Made by a program: the position numbers and the translations under genes. 64,000 nt of DNA from a bacterium. Its GTDB lineage: Bacteria > Zhuqueibacterota > Zhuqueibacteria > Residuimicrobiales > Krinioviventaceae. Below are positions 18,945-28,676 of this stretch, one piece after another (positions within the stretch are counted from its first letter, which is position 1; every line of letters starts with the position of its first letter). The notes beneath the pieces are model-generated. The model was not told where the DNA came from, ran no database searches, and worked only from the letters and a program-made list of their open reading frames with translations. The stretch lies in contig OY843751.1 in NCBI GenBank assembly GCA_963693055.1, positions 4,800,001-4,864,000 on the forward strand. Direction: 5' to 3'.

Positions 18945-18963
18945 GGCTGCAACACCTCCTTTC
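18945..18963 (-). promoter_or_regulatory. Extended Shine-Dalgarno-like (STAB-SD-like) element in the TBDR leader
   Basis: GAAAGGAGGTGTTGCAGCC, 17/19 match to the complement of the canonical 16S 3' end; about 118 nt upstream of the ATG, which has its own AAAGGAGG. Confidence 0.5.
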
Positions 18964-19526
18964 ACTCACTTTAAAACCGTTAATTGTTAATGTATCTATC
19001 AATAATTAATAATTATAAACTTAATGATTTCATTCATATATTTTACAATAGTTTACAATTCAAAAAAGAGCAAAAAAATATACTTTTTAATTGTATTACT
19101 AAAAATCTTATCAGAAAAAAATTGATTAAATATTGTCGATAAAGCTTGCGCTCTGTTGAATGTTATAGGAAAGATATGGTAGCAAGTTCTTAACATTTGT
19201 CCTCGTGGTTTAACATAGCTTAATATTTAAAATACTAAGCCACGTAACAAGTTGATAATGTTAATAGTTAAATTATTTGAATATATACAATTGCATTATT
19301 TTATATCAAATTAATATTGTTACTTTATTTAGCAACTCTGAAAAAAAATCTACAAATCTTTACATACAAATTTTAACATATTCTAATATAAAACTTATCT
19401 GTATATGGTGCAATGTTTTTTTCGTCAATCCTATTTTTTTTGTAAAACAATGTAAACTGAATTCTATTACATTAAACCTATAAAAAACATTACACTAGAA
19501 AGAATTTTTATCATTTTGATATTTTT

Positions 19527-21077
19527 TTATTTAAAAGTGGGGTTATATTCACCTCTTTTTTTGAAACCTTTGAATTGTCTCATGCGACTAAAACGCGGAT
19601 AGCTCTCAAAAATATCACCATTGCCAGTCACCCGAGGATCTCCCTGTACTTTTAACAATTCAAACAAACGGGTTTTTAATTCAGAAAGCGTAACCTGATA
19701 TTCTGCTACCTGTGCCAAATTCTCAATACAATCCGGATCTTTTTCCAGGTCAAACAATTCACTTTCAGGTCGTTTGGCCATAGCCATTTCGAAATATTTT
19801 TTATATCCTTTTTTATCCTGATTGTCAATCAAAAGTGTTTTGGATGGGCATCCATCAATATCATGAAAGCCTTCAGGATCGCCGGAGCCAAAAGGATCGC
19901 CCGCCGGCCAACGGTCTGGCTTAAAATTGTGGATATATAAATATTTTCCTGTATTGATTGCCCGACTGGGATACCCAAAATTCTCAGGTCGGGCATGGGT
20001 ATGTCTTTCACGACCGGTAAGTACATAATCCCTTTCTGCATCTATTGTTCCGGATTTATCAGAATACAGTAACGGCACAAGGCTCTTGCCAATCATATCC
20101 GGATGGGGTTGTACACCTGCCACTTCAAGGAATGTGGGTGCATAATCAATAAAACTCACCAAATCTGAAATTTTTCGATTTTTTTTAATCTTTTTAGGCC
20201 AGCGCATGGCCAATGGCAAGTGGGTTCCATGGTCATATAAATTTGCTTTGGCCCGGGGGAATGGCATTCCATTGTCAGCAGTTACTACAACCAGGGTATT
20301 CTCCAACTCGCCATTTTTCTCCAAAAGTTCAAGAATACGGGCCAGGTGCATATCAAACCATTCTATCTCTGTAGCAAAATCCAGCATATCGCTGCGGATT
20401 TCGAGTACATCCGGTAAATATTTGGGGACATCAACATCATCGGGATTTTTCCCTTGTTGTATGCCCGCACCTTTTAAATAAGAACGATGCGGTTCATGCG
20501 CGCCATACCAAAAGAAAAAAGGTTTTGATGCATCACGTTTTTCAAAAAACAATTTAAAATTTGAAGCATAGTCAGTGTTACTGATCCCCTTGGGTGCTTC
20601 CATCTTCTTTTCATTATATTCCGGCCCCACAGGATTCCGGCTCCAGCCTGCGTCTTTCCAGTTACCCGGTGCCCACGGTTTACCGGTGTAACCCAACTGG
20701 TACCCTGATTCTTCAAGCATGTCTGTAAATACAGTGAATTTCTTGGGAAAGAGACTGGCGTGTGTACCGGCTTCTTCAAGCTGCCAGATATTTCGACTGG
20801 TAAGGATTGATGCACGTGAAGGACTGCATTGCGGAGCAACCGCATAAGCCCGTTCAAAAAGAACACCTTCTTTAGCTACGCGGTCAAATGCAGGAGTCTT
20901 TACATATTTACATCCCGATATGCCCGTGTATTTCCAGGTCTGGTCATCTGATATTGCAAACAAAATATTGGGGGGCGACACTTTTGGAGCAGTGCAACTG
21001 TTCAAAGATAGAATGGAAAATCCTGCTAAACCTGTCCCCATTCGTTTTAAAAATTCACGTCTTTGAATTGTTTGCAT
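19527..21077 (-). CDS. Sulfatase (FGly-dependent) with Tat signal, probable lipoprotein
   Basis: QRREFLK Tat motif, LNSC, PNILFAISDD, CSPSRASILT, ADNG; start moved to ATG 21077 after AGGAGG. Confidence 0.92.
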   Translation of the reverse strand: MQTIQRREFLKRMGTGLAGFSILSLNSCTAPKVSPPNILFAISDDQTWKYTGISGCKYVKTPAFDRVAKEGVLFERAYAVAPQCSPSRASILTSRNIWQLEEAGTHASLFPKKFTVFTDMLEESGYQLGYTGKPWAPGNWKDAGWSRNPVGPEYNEKKMEAPKGISNTDYASNFKLFFEKRDASKPFFFWYGAHEPHRSYLKGAGIQQGKNPDDVDVPKYLPDVLEIRSDMLDFATEIEWFDMHLARILELLEKNGELENTLVVVTADNGMPFPRAKANLYDHGTHLPLAMRWPKKIKKNRKISDLVSFIDYAPTFLEVAGVQPHPDMIGKSLVPLLYSDKSGTIDAERDYVLTGRERHTHARPENFGYPSRAINTGKYLYIHNFKPDRWPAGDPFGSGDPEGFHDIDGCPSKTLLIDNQDKKGYKKYFEMAMAKRPESELFDLEKDPDCIENLAQVAEYQVTLSELKTRLFELLKVQGDPRVTGNGDIFESYPRFSRMRQFKGFKKRGEYNPTFK

Positions 21078-21094
21078 ATCAGACACCTCCTGAT

Positions 21095-21670
21095 TTATTC
21101 TAATAAATTTGCCTTCTTGTACTTCTTGATTGAAGCTTGCGTACCTTTATCTAAAATATAGGTCAAAGCTTGAGAAGATTTTTCAATAACAAGGGGAAGA
21201 TCTTCTTTTTCATTGGGTTTAAAACCACCCAACACATATGCGGAAACATCTTCACCCTCCGCGGGACGAGAAACACCAATTCTGAACCGATAAAAATCAC
21301 GGGTACCCAGCCGTTGCGCAATGGATTTTAATCCATTGTGTCCGCCCAGCCCGCCACCTTTTTTAACATCCAGGTAGCCAAAATCCAGTTCAATATCATC
21401 ATAAACCACCAACAGTTCTTCCGGTTTAATTTTGAAAAAATGCAAGAGCTCTTGAACGGACTCACCGCTTTTGTTCATATAGGTCAACGGTTTCAGGAAA
21501 TAAACCCGTTCCCCGTTAAACACCTGCACCGCGTACACTCCTCTGAACTTTTTAACCCAGCTAAGCTGTTGTAAAAACTGGCAACATTCCGATATCATCC
21601 AACCCATATTATGACGAGTACCGGAATATTTTTCGCCGGGATTTCCTAAAAACGTTACAAATCTGAACAT
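21095..21670 (-). CDS. pth: Peptidyl-tRNA hydrolase
   Basis: LGNPG..Y..TRHN.G, KPLTYMNKSG, GGHNGLKS. Confidence 0.95.
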   Translation of the reverse strand: MFRFVTFLGNPGEKYSGTRHNMGWMISECCQFLQQLSWVKKFRGVYAVQVFNGERVYFLKPLTYMNKSGESVQELLHFFKIKPEELLVVYDDIELDFGYLDVKKGGGLGGHNGLKSIAQRLGTRDFYRFRIGVSRPAEGEDVSAYVLGGFKPNEKEDLPLVIEKSSQALTYILDKGTQASIKKYKKANLLE

Positions 21671-21704
21671 AAAAAATCTTTCATTTTAGTTTAATTTATT
21701 TACA

Positions 21705-22421
21705 TCAAAAAGCAAAAGAAAAATGAACCATTAAAGGTTGAGTTGATTCAGGCGCCTTGCACTCCAAAAGTTCTGAAAATCCTTTTCCAATTAATGTGCC
21801 CAAAACAGCCCCGGCAACAACATCCGAGAACCAGTGCCAGTTTGAATGAATGCGCTGCAACCCGGTCACCGTTGCCATGGTATACGCAGGCACTCCCACA
21901 TCCGCTCCATATAGTTCATACATGACAGAAGCCACAACAAAAGAGCTCGATGTATGTCCCGATGGAAACGAATATTTGTTCTGCTTGCCCGGTCGTTCAC
22001 GTTTTACCAGGGATTTTACCGCAAATGCTAAAACTCCATTTACGATAAATGCTTCATTGTAAACCTGAAGATAATCTTTAAACTCTACCTTGGGGCGGTT
22101 ACTGCTCCAATACTCTGCTGTAATAAAAGCATTTCCAATGATCCAGTTCCAACCATTGCCATACATATCGGCTACATGTGATACCAGCCCTGGCATTAAA
22201 TTACCCTGAAAGCTATTTTTCACACTATGGTCAAAGAAAGTAGCACCGGCTATACCTCCGGCAGCCAGTAAATAGTATGGATCGTTAAAACTGTTATGTA
22301 CTCCATCCCCTAAACGATGAATATAATCTTCGGTCCTGCTTGCAAACGAGGCAGACATGCATTGTGTGACAATGAATAATAATAGAAAATATACAGAATA
22401 TCTGCATAATGAGCAATTCAT
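21705..22421 (-). CDS. PAP2 family phosphatase
   Basis: K..VKRERP, SFPSGH, RIHSNWHWFSDV. Confidence 0.88.
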   Translation of the reverse strand: MNCSLCRYSVYFLLLFIVTQCMSASFASRTEDYIHRLGDGVHNSFNDPYYLLAAGGIAGATFFDHSVKNSFQGNLMPGLVSHVADMYGNGWNWIIGNAFITAEYWSSNRPKVEFKDYLQVYNEAFIVNGVLAFAVKSLVKRERPGKQNKYSFPSGHTSSSFVVASVMYELYGADVGVPAYTMATVTGLQRIHSNWHWFSDVVAGAVLGTLIGKGFSELLECKAPESTQPLMVHFSFAF

Positions 22422-22424
22422 AAT

Positions 22425-23411
22425 TTATCCAAAAGGTTGAATTACAGTGATATTATTGAAAACGGTTTGTATATCAGATAAATTTGAGGATTGAAACAAC
22501 AATTTCACATTAGGGCCCGCATCAATGGTTATATATACCGGTATTCCCTGCGATCTCATTTGCCAAACCTTGTGAAATACAGCAACGGTTTCCGGCTGCC
22601 AATACAATACCGGCGGCCAGGTGTCGATCATGGTTGCATGCATTGCCAGCGCATTTGATTCGCTTGACCTTCCCAACAAATCAAAATCCTGTGTTTTTAA
22701 TGCGGCCAAAATCGCATCCAAATCTTTTTCAACCCGTTTGGGCCAGTTTTGATAAAAAACAGACGTGTCTACGGTTCGGTTCATAGCGACACGGGAGCTG
22801 ACAGGTTTTTCCGATTCGGTTACATGCACAATACCAATGCAAAAGCCCGGCCATTCAAATGGCAGCCGTTTGGCAAAACTGTCCATACCATCGTCAAGCT
22901 CCCCCCGCTCCCATAAAACAAATCCCTGATAAATGGAGCGACAGGCGCTGCCGCTCCCCATTCTGGCAAGAACAGATAACTGGTCATTGCTCAATACGTT
23001 ACCCAAAAAATCATTGATGGCCATAACCAGGGCAGCATATCCCGAAGCGGACGATGCAAGTCCCGCCGCAGTGGGAATATTGTTTTCCGTTTCTATTGAA
23101 AAAAATTGATCCACAGGTCTAAACATGTCTAAAAACGCAATTAAGCGTTTTACAAAAACAGATTCAGAATCTATCAATTTTTTGTTCAACAAAACCTTAT
23201 CCGCTTTACTATTTAGAGAAATTGCAGTGCGTGTTCCCAGGCAACCCAAAGAAACGGACAAGCTCGAGGTTGCTGGTAAATTCAATATTTTATCACGCTT
23301 ACCCCAATATTTACACAAGGCAATATTAGAGGGCGCAAAAGCTGATCCTGTTTCTTTTACAGGCTCAATGACACTCGGCAGGAATTGTTTAACAATATCA
23401 AATGTATTCAA
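22425..23411 (-). CDS. mvaD: Diphosphomevalonate decarboxylase
   Basis: NIALCKYWGK, PTAAGLASSASG, ARMGSGSACRS, TIDAGPNV. Confidence 0.96.
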   Translation of the reverse strand: MNTFDIVKQFLPSVIEPVKETGSAFAPSNIALCKYWGKRDKILNLPATSSLSVSLGCLGTRTAISLNSKADKVLLNKKLIDSESVFVKRLIAFLDMFRPVDQFFSIETENNIPTAAGLASSASGYAALVMAINDFLGNVLSNDQLSVLARMGSGSACRSIYQGFVLWERGELDDGMDSFAKRLPFEWPGFCIGIVHVTESEKPVSSRVAMNRTVDTSVFYQNWPKRVEKDLDAILAALKTQDFDLLGRSSESNALAMHATMIDTWPPVLYWQPETVAVFHKVWQMRSQGIPVYITIDAGPNVKLLFQSSNLSDIQTVFNNITVIQPFG

Positions 23412-24324
23412 CGCGCAATCCTTCTCTGCTTATTGACAGCGGCAATGTCTGGTAGCCAGTAGGTTTACCTGTACCTACTGCCACAACACAATCCCCCAGG
23501 CCTGAACCGGAAATCTTTGAGCCCAATATACCATCCTCTGAACGGAACGCACAATTAATTTCAGCCAGCAATTTATTACTTACACCAATGGCATCCATTA
23601 ATCCCTGGTTCACATTCAGGATCTCGCCAAAGGATTTCCAATCTTGCCTTTTTATTGCTTGCACAGCACGCTCAACACTTGTGTCCATAAGATCAAAAAT
23701 ACTTTTATACAATTCCGGTTGAGCATTGCACCCCTTGTTCACAATATCAATTACTTTAACGGTAGGTAATTTACTTCCAGAATAAATCACGGTTATGGGG
23801 AAAATCTCATTCAGGGATTCTAACTCCAGAGGAACCATACGATAACTCGCAACACCACCAAACACACTGGCAGCCAGGTCAGCACCGGAACCAGTACCTT
23901 GAACCGTATGTATGACTTTTAATCCCTGGTCAAAGATTTCTCTCTTTATGATCTCTTTACCCGTGAGTTGACAAATTCCTCCAAGCATAGCAGCAGTTAC
24001 CGCTGCGGAAGATCCCAGCCCAACCTGGTCTGAAAAATCTGTAGTTATTAAAAGATCAAATCCAAACTCGAGTTTCTGACCGAATTGTCGTATAGCTTCC
24101 AACACAAACCTGAATTTGGGATGGTCACTCAACATTTCAAGGGAACTATTGTATTCTCCAAGATCTGATTTTATATGGATTTTTGAATCATTGCGCTTTG
24201 AGAAATCAAGATACATCCGTTGATCTACAGCACAAACCAATGCGCGCCTGCCACGTAGCACGGCATGCTCTCCTAAAAGAAATAATTTACCAGGGGCAGA
24301 TACCCTAAATGATTCTTGCACCAT
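23398..24324 (-). CDS. GHMP kinase, probable phosphomevalonate kinase
   Basis: APGKLFLLGEH, GLGSSAA, QGTGSGAD, KISGSGLGDC; operon position; start moved to ATG 24324. Confidence 0.85.
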   Translation of the reverse strand: MVQESFRVSAPGKLFLLGEHAVLRGRRALVCAVDQRMYLDFSKRNDSKIHIKSDLGEYNSSLEMLSDHPKFRFVLEAIRQFGQKLEFGFDLLITTDFSDQVGLGSSAAVTAAMLGGICQLTGKEIIKREIFDQGLKVIHTVQGTGSGADLAASVFGGVASYRMVPLELESLNEIFPITVIYSGSKLPTVKVIDIVNKGCNAQPELYKSIFDLMDTSVERAVQAIKRQDWKSFGEILNVNQGLMDAIGVSNKLLAEINCAFRSEDGILGSKISGSGLGDCVVAVGTGKPTGYQTLPLSISREGLRVEYI

Positions 24325-25303
24325 TTTCCTCAACGCTAATAGGATATACAGAATACCCAAATTCATCAACAATTTCCGGATCAACCTTTCCGGCGAACAT
24401 AACAATACCCGCATTCTCACCTCTTACCGCACCTGCGCCACATGTTTTTGCCGCGCCACCCATATTTTCAATAATAGATATAAATTTTTGAACTTTTTCA
24501 GGTACCACTCCAATTTGGGTCAACAATGTATGGTTACTGCGAACAGACTGTAAAAATCTATTTTCATTCTGCAATTCCAAAGATGATTGCATTGTTTCAG
24601 TGACATCTTTAAACTCAGACCAGATACTGCTGTTCGCAAAATTTTCTCTTACCATATTTACACATTCACCGGTCCCTGAAACCGGTTTTCCGGTATAGGC
24701 AACATTCAACGCCCAAACAGGTGATTGTATTTTTTGTGCCTGCTTGTTCCGATATTTTACACATCCACCATGCAGAGCAATATATGGATCAACACCACTG
24801 GAACGGCCATGCAACAGATTTTCTGCTTCCAATGCAAGATTATAAAACGGTCCATCATCTTTAACATGTAAATGTGTGGCCATGGCCAATAGTGAGCTTA
24901 CAATAACAGATGCCGAAGATCCCATACCACCCCCAATTGGTAGTTGAGATGTAACTGTTAAATCGAATCCTTGTTCCGGAATTAAATTGTAATTTTCTGT
25001 TAAACTTGTGATCAAATAAACAAACAAATGAACAGGATCAGTTAAAACCTGGCTAATTTGAATTTGTCCATCTATATAATTTTTATATTTTATTAACAAT
25101 TCATTTCTGATCTCTGGCAATTCCGCAATAGCAACACTTTTGTTAATACCAAGATCAGGTAACTGAACTAAAATATCTTTAATTTTTAATGGTTTAACCT
25201 GGCATGTAGAAAACCGGTCAACAGCCATAACCAGGGCCGGGTTTCCATAAACTACCGCATGCTCTCCACTGATAATGATTTTACCGGGAGCAACAGCCCT
25301 CAC
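24305..25303 (-). CDS. mvk: Mevalonate kinase
   Basis: APGKIIISGEHAVVYG, PIGGGMGSSA, HGRSSGVD, KTCGAG. Confidence 0.9.
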   Translation of the reverse strand: MRAVAPGKIIISGEHAVVYGNPALVMAVDRFSTCQVKPLKIKDILVQLPDLGINKSVAIAELPEIRNELLIKYKNYIDGQIQISQVLTDPVHLFVYLITSLTENYNLIPEQGFDLTVTSQLPIGGGMGSSASVIVSSLLAMATHLHVKDDGPFYNLALEAENLLHGRSSGVDPYIALHGGCVKYRNKQAQKIQSPVWALNVAYTGKPVSGTGECVNMVRENFANSSIWSEFKDVTETMQSSLELQNENRFLQSVRSNHTLLTQIGVVPEKVQKFISIIENMGGAAKTCGAGAVRGENAGIVMFAGKVDPEIVDEFGYSVYPISVEENGARII

Positions 25304-26469
25304 TCTATCTCCTGATAGATGCGTTTCTGGTTCTGAATACCTGCCAATCGAAAGCGACCGGTATTGTGTTTTTTAATTTCAATATCTTTATCAGATTTGG
25401 TATAGGCATTATAAAATTTAGAGTATTCCGTATATGTCAGAGATTTTCGATTGTTTAAAAAGTCCTGACGTTCTTTTGTATGCAAATATTTTTCATAACC
25501 GGTCAAAATCTCACCACTGAAAAACTCGCCTACACATCCGGAACCATAACTGAACAAACCAATGGTTTTTCCGGTCAAATCGTTAGAGCTATTATCAAGC
25601 AGAGACAATAATCCTAAAAATAAAGAGGCTGCATAGGTATTGCCAACTATCCGGTTATAGACCAAAGATCTTTCAATCTGGGCCATAATCTCTTCTTCTG
25701 TCATTTCTTTTTCGCAAAATGATTTTGCAAGATGGAAATGCGCCTTTTCTCCCATGCGGGAAAAAGGTAAATGATAACAAAAATAATCACAATCGGGATA
25801 AGTTCTACCGGATTCTCGGCTATATTGCTGCCAAGATTCTGACAATGCTTTTAAATACATTTTAATAGAAAATTTGCCATCTACCAGCGCTTCATCGCGA
25901 TAGTTGGGACGCCAAAAATCCATAACATCTTCTGTAAACATGCCAGATTCCGGGTGAAACATTAAAATACGCGGATTTGCTGAAATCACCAAAGCTACTG
26001 CACCTGCACCCTGTGTGGGTTCACCTGCCGAACCCAGACCGTATCTGGCAATATCAGATGCAACTATCAATATCTTTTTGTCTGGCTTGGCATAAATATA
26101 AGGTATTGCCATTTGAATTGCGGCTGCTCCACTATAACAGGCCTGTTTGAGCTCAAACACTCTGCAATTTTTATTTAAATTTAACAATTGATGTAAATAT
26201 ACGCCTGCGGCTTTAGATTGGTCGATTCCTGATTCTGTGGCAAACATGACGGTATCTATTTTTTCCTTGTCAATACCTTCAAGTGCCTTGAACGCGGCAT
26301 TTGCGGCCAGAGTTACTACATCTTCATCGGGAGGTGGTGTAGACATTTTTTCCTGTCCTATTCCACTGTAATATTTAGATACCGGTATATTGCGCTCGTT
26401 TGCAATTTCTTCCAGATCCAGATAATAATGCGATGTAGCAAAATCAATTGATTCGATTCCAACTTTCAT
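25300..26469 (-). CDS. mvaS: HMG-CoA synthase
   Basis: ATESGIDQSK, KQACYSG, EPTQGAGA, DFWRP, SYGSG. Confidence 0.96.
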   Translation of the reverse strand: MKVGIESIDFATSHYYLDLEEIANERNIPVSKYYSGIGQEKMSTPPPDEDVVTLAANAAFKALEGIDKEKIDTVMFATESGIDQSKAAGVYLHQLLNLNKNCRVFELKQACYSGAAAIQMAIPYIYAKPDKKILIVASDIARYGLGSAGEPTQGAGAVALVISANPRILMFHPESGMFTEDVMDFWRPNYRDEALVDGKFSIKMYLKALSESWQQYSRESGRTYPDCDYFCYHLPFSRMGEKAHFHLAKSFCEKEMTEEEIMAQIERSLVYNRIVGNTYAASLFLGLLSLLDNSSNDLTGKTIGLFSYGSGCVGEFFSGEILTGYEKYLHTKERQDFLNNRKSLTYTEYSKFYNAYTKSDKDIEIKKHNTGRFRLAGIQNQKRIYQEIE

Positions 26470-26481
26470 AAATAACCTTTT

Positions 26482-27519
26482 TCAGATAATATTGTTCCAG
26501 TTTATAATTAATGAAAAATTACGATGTAATGCTTTAATATTTTTCATGCTCAGCAAAAACATTGCTGTAACAAATTCTTTTTTTAAACGTTCAATCACCT
26601 CAATAACCTTTTCGGGTGATTCCATTGCAGGTTTTAAAAAAGGCTTGGCAATACCACATAATGTAGCTCCAAGCACCACCGATTTTACCATATCGATACC
26701 GTTTCGAACACCACCTGAGGATGTCAATGTAATGCTATTGTGGTATTTTGACAAATTCTTGAGAGCTATAGGAGTAGGAATTCCCCAATCCTGAAACAGC
26801 TCGCCCAAACCTTTGCCATCATTATTTCGATAGTCCTCAATACGGCTCCATGAAGTACCACCGGATCCGGCAACATCAATATACCGAATTCCTGCTTCAA
26901 TTAATAATTCAGTATCTATCTCTGATATACCCGAGCCAACCTCCTTAACGATTAGCGGTACAGACAAATTTTTGACAGTATCTGACATTTTATCTTTCAA
27001 ACCGGAAAAATCGGTATCCCCTTCCGGTTGAATTGCTTCCTGTAATGGATTCAGATGAAAATACAGCGCATCAGCATCCAATATTTCTATTGCACGTTTA
27101 CAATGCATCAGATCAAATCCATAATTGAACTGCACCGCACCTAAATTTGCAAATAACAAGGCATTAGGAGCAAAGGATCGCAGATCAAAACTTTTTTCAG
27201 CCTTAACATTTTTAAACATTACCCGTTGTGACCCCACGCCCATAGCCACACCGGTTTCCTGGGCTGCAATCGCACAATTTTTATTTATTGTTCTCACCAA
27301 CTCATGATCTCCACCCGTCATGGACGAAATCAATAGTGGAAAGGAAAGACGCTTGCCCATATAGAGAACAGAGGGATCAACTTCTTTAATAGAAATTTCT
27401 GGCAATGCCCGATGAGTCAACCGGATAGTATCAAAATAGTTTTTACCCCTGTCTATATGTTCTTTATCATTTACTATATTGATGTGTTGAACTTTGCGCT
27501 CGTTGGTGAGGTCGCTCAT
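26482..27519 (-). CDS. fni: Type 2 (FMN-dependent) isopentenyl-diphosphate isomerase
   Basis: RK..H, SMTGG, GSQR, HLNPLQE, KEVGSG, GGTSW. Confidence 0.96.
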   Translation of the reverse strand: MSDLTNERKVQHINIVNDKEHIDRGKNYFDTIRLTHRALPEISIKEVDPSVLYMGKRLSFPLLISSMTGGDHELVRTINKNCAIAAQETGVAMGVGSQRVMFKNVKAEKSFDLRSFAPNALLFANLGAVQFNYGFDLMHCKRAIEILDADALYFHLNPLQEAIQPEGDTDFSGLKDKMSDTVKNLSVPLIVKEVGSGISEIDTELLIEAGIRYIDVAGSGGTSWSRIEDYRNNDGKGLGELFQDWGIPTPIALKNLSKYHNSITLTSSGGVRNGIDMVKSVVLGATLCGIAKPFLKPAMESPEKVIEVIERLKKEFVTAMFLLSMKNIKALHRNFSLIINWNNII

Positions 27520-28553
27520 TATCTCTCCATAGACTCATGCGTTTGCATCAGCTCTCCGGGGTTTGTCAATGCTGCAAGTAAAGACAATTCTCCACATAAT
27601 ACGGTGGCAGCGGCAATGACTGCAAGGCGTTTTGCATTTTCACCGGGTTCTCTTTTTTTAGTACAGCCCAACAATTCAAGATTTTTGTTTACAAATGTTA
27701 AATCCTTACCATTGCCTACCGTGCCCACAATTAAATGGGGCAAAGTTACTGAAAAATACAGGTCTTCATTCCGCTGTTGTGCAAAAACAAATCCCTGAGA
27801 ACCTTCCACAATATTGGCTGCATCCTGACCTGTTGCCAGATAAAATGCCAGTAACATATTGGCAAAATGGGCATTAGCACTGCGCAGTCCACCGGCCAAC
27901 ATTGATCCCATTAAATTCTTTTTTAAATTCAGATCAACTATCTTTTCAGGTGTCGTTTTCAGGTAACGGGTGCAGAGCTTTCTTGGAATTGTTACCTCTG
28001 CAATAACATTACGGCCACGCCCCAATATTCCATTCACAGCAGACACTTTTTTATCTGAACATAAATTACCTGAAACAGAAACATATTCCAGTTCCTTAAA
28101 TTCGTTCAACAACCATTCCAAAAAAGCATCGGCAGCTTTGGTCACCATATTATGACCGGAAGCGTCACCGGATTGAATTTCAAGACGGATATATAATAAA
28201 TTTGCAGTTAATTGATGATGAATATCCAAAAATGCTGCAAATCTGCTTGTAGATTCTACAACTGTTTTAACCCGCTCACGATTCGTATGCAAAAACTGCA
28301 CTACATTTAACGCATATAACGCATCAGGAGCTTCTACCAATACAGACCTTGTCATCCGGTCGTCAACTACAACAGCCTGAATACCACCCGAACGTAACGT
28401 AACACGGGCACCACGATTTGTTGAAGGCCATAAAGGAGATTCAAAAGTGGCCATGGGGACCACAATTTCTTCATTCACTATCGGCCCTTTAATTAAAACA
28501 GGACCTATGGTCTGCATTGGAATTTGTGCAAATTGTTCGGGATGTTCTCCCAT
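27519..28553 (-). CDS. HMG-CoA reductase (short class I-like form)
   Basis: PMATFES, DASGHNM, SGNLCSDKK, ATGQDAAN, CGELSL. Confidence 0.93.
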   Translation of the reverse strand: MGEHPEQFAQIPMQTIGPVLIKGPIVNEEIVVPMATFESPLWPSTNRGARVTLRSGGIQAVVVDDRMTRSVLVEAPDALYALNVVQFLHTNRERVKTVVESTSRFAAFLDIHHQLTANLLYIRLEIQSGDASGHNMVTKAADAFLEWLLNEFKELEYVSVSGNLCSDKKVSAVNGILGRGRNVIAEVTIPRKLCTRYLKTTPEKIVDLNLKKNLMGSMLAGGLRSANAHFANMLLAFYLATGQDAANIVEGSQGFVFAQQRNEDLYFSVTLPHLIVGTVGNGKDLTFVNKNLELLGCTKKREPGENAKRLAVIAAATVLCGELSLLAALTNPGELMQTHESMER

Positions 28554-28676
28554 GAATTGATTACTCGCTTTTGTTTCGAATTAATCTACTAATTTAGAGT
28601 TTTTTTTAATTTATCCAAGATTTAATCTGTATATACAGCAAGAATATTCGAACAAAATCCCCCATAAAAAAATTCT

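Noticed and set aside
18945-18963. 16S rRNA gene fragment
   Set aside because: Only 19 nt resemble the 16S 3' end and the flanks are AT-rich non-rRNA sequence.
19277-19483. 68-aa ORF in the AT-rich intergenic region
   Set aside because: TTG start, no SD, composition typical of chance AT-rich ORFs.
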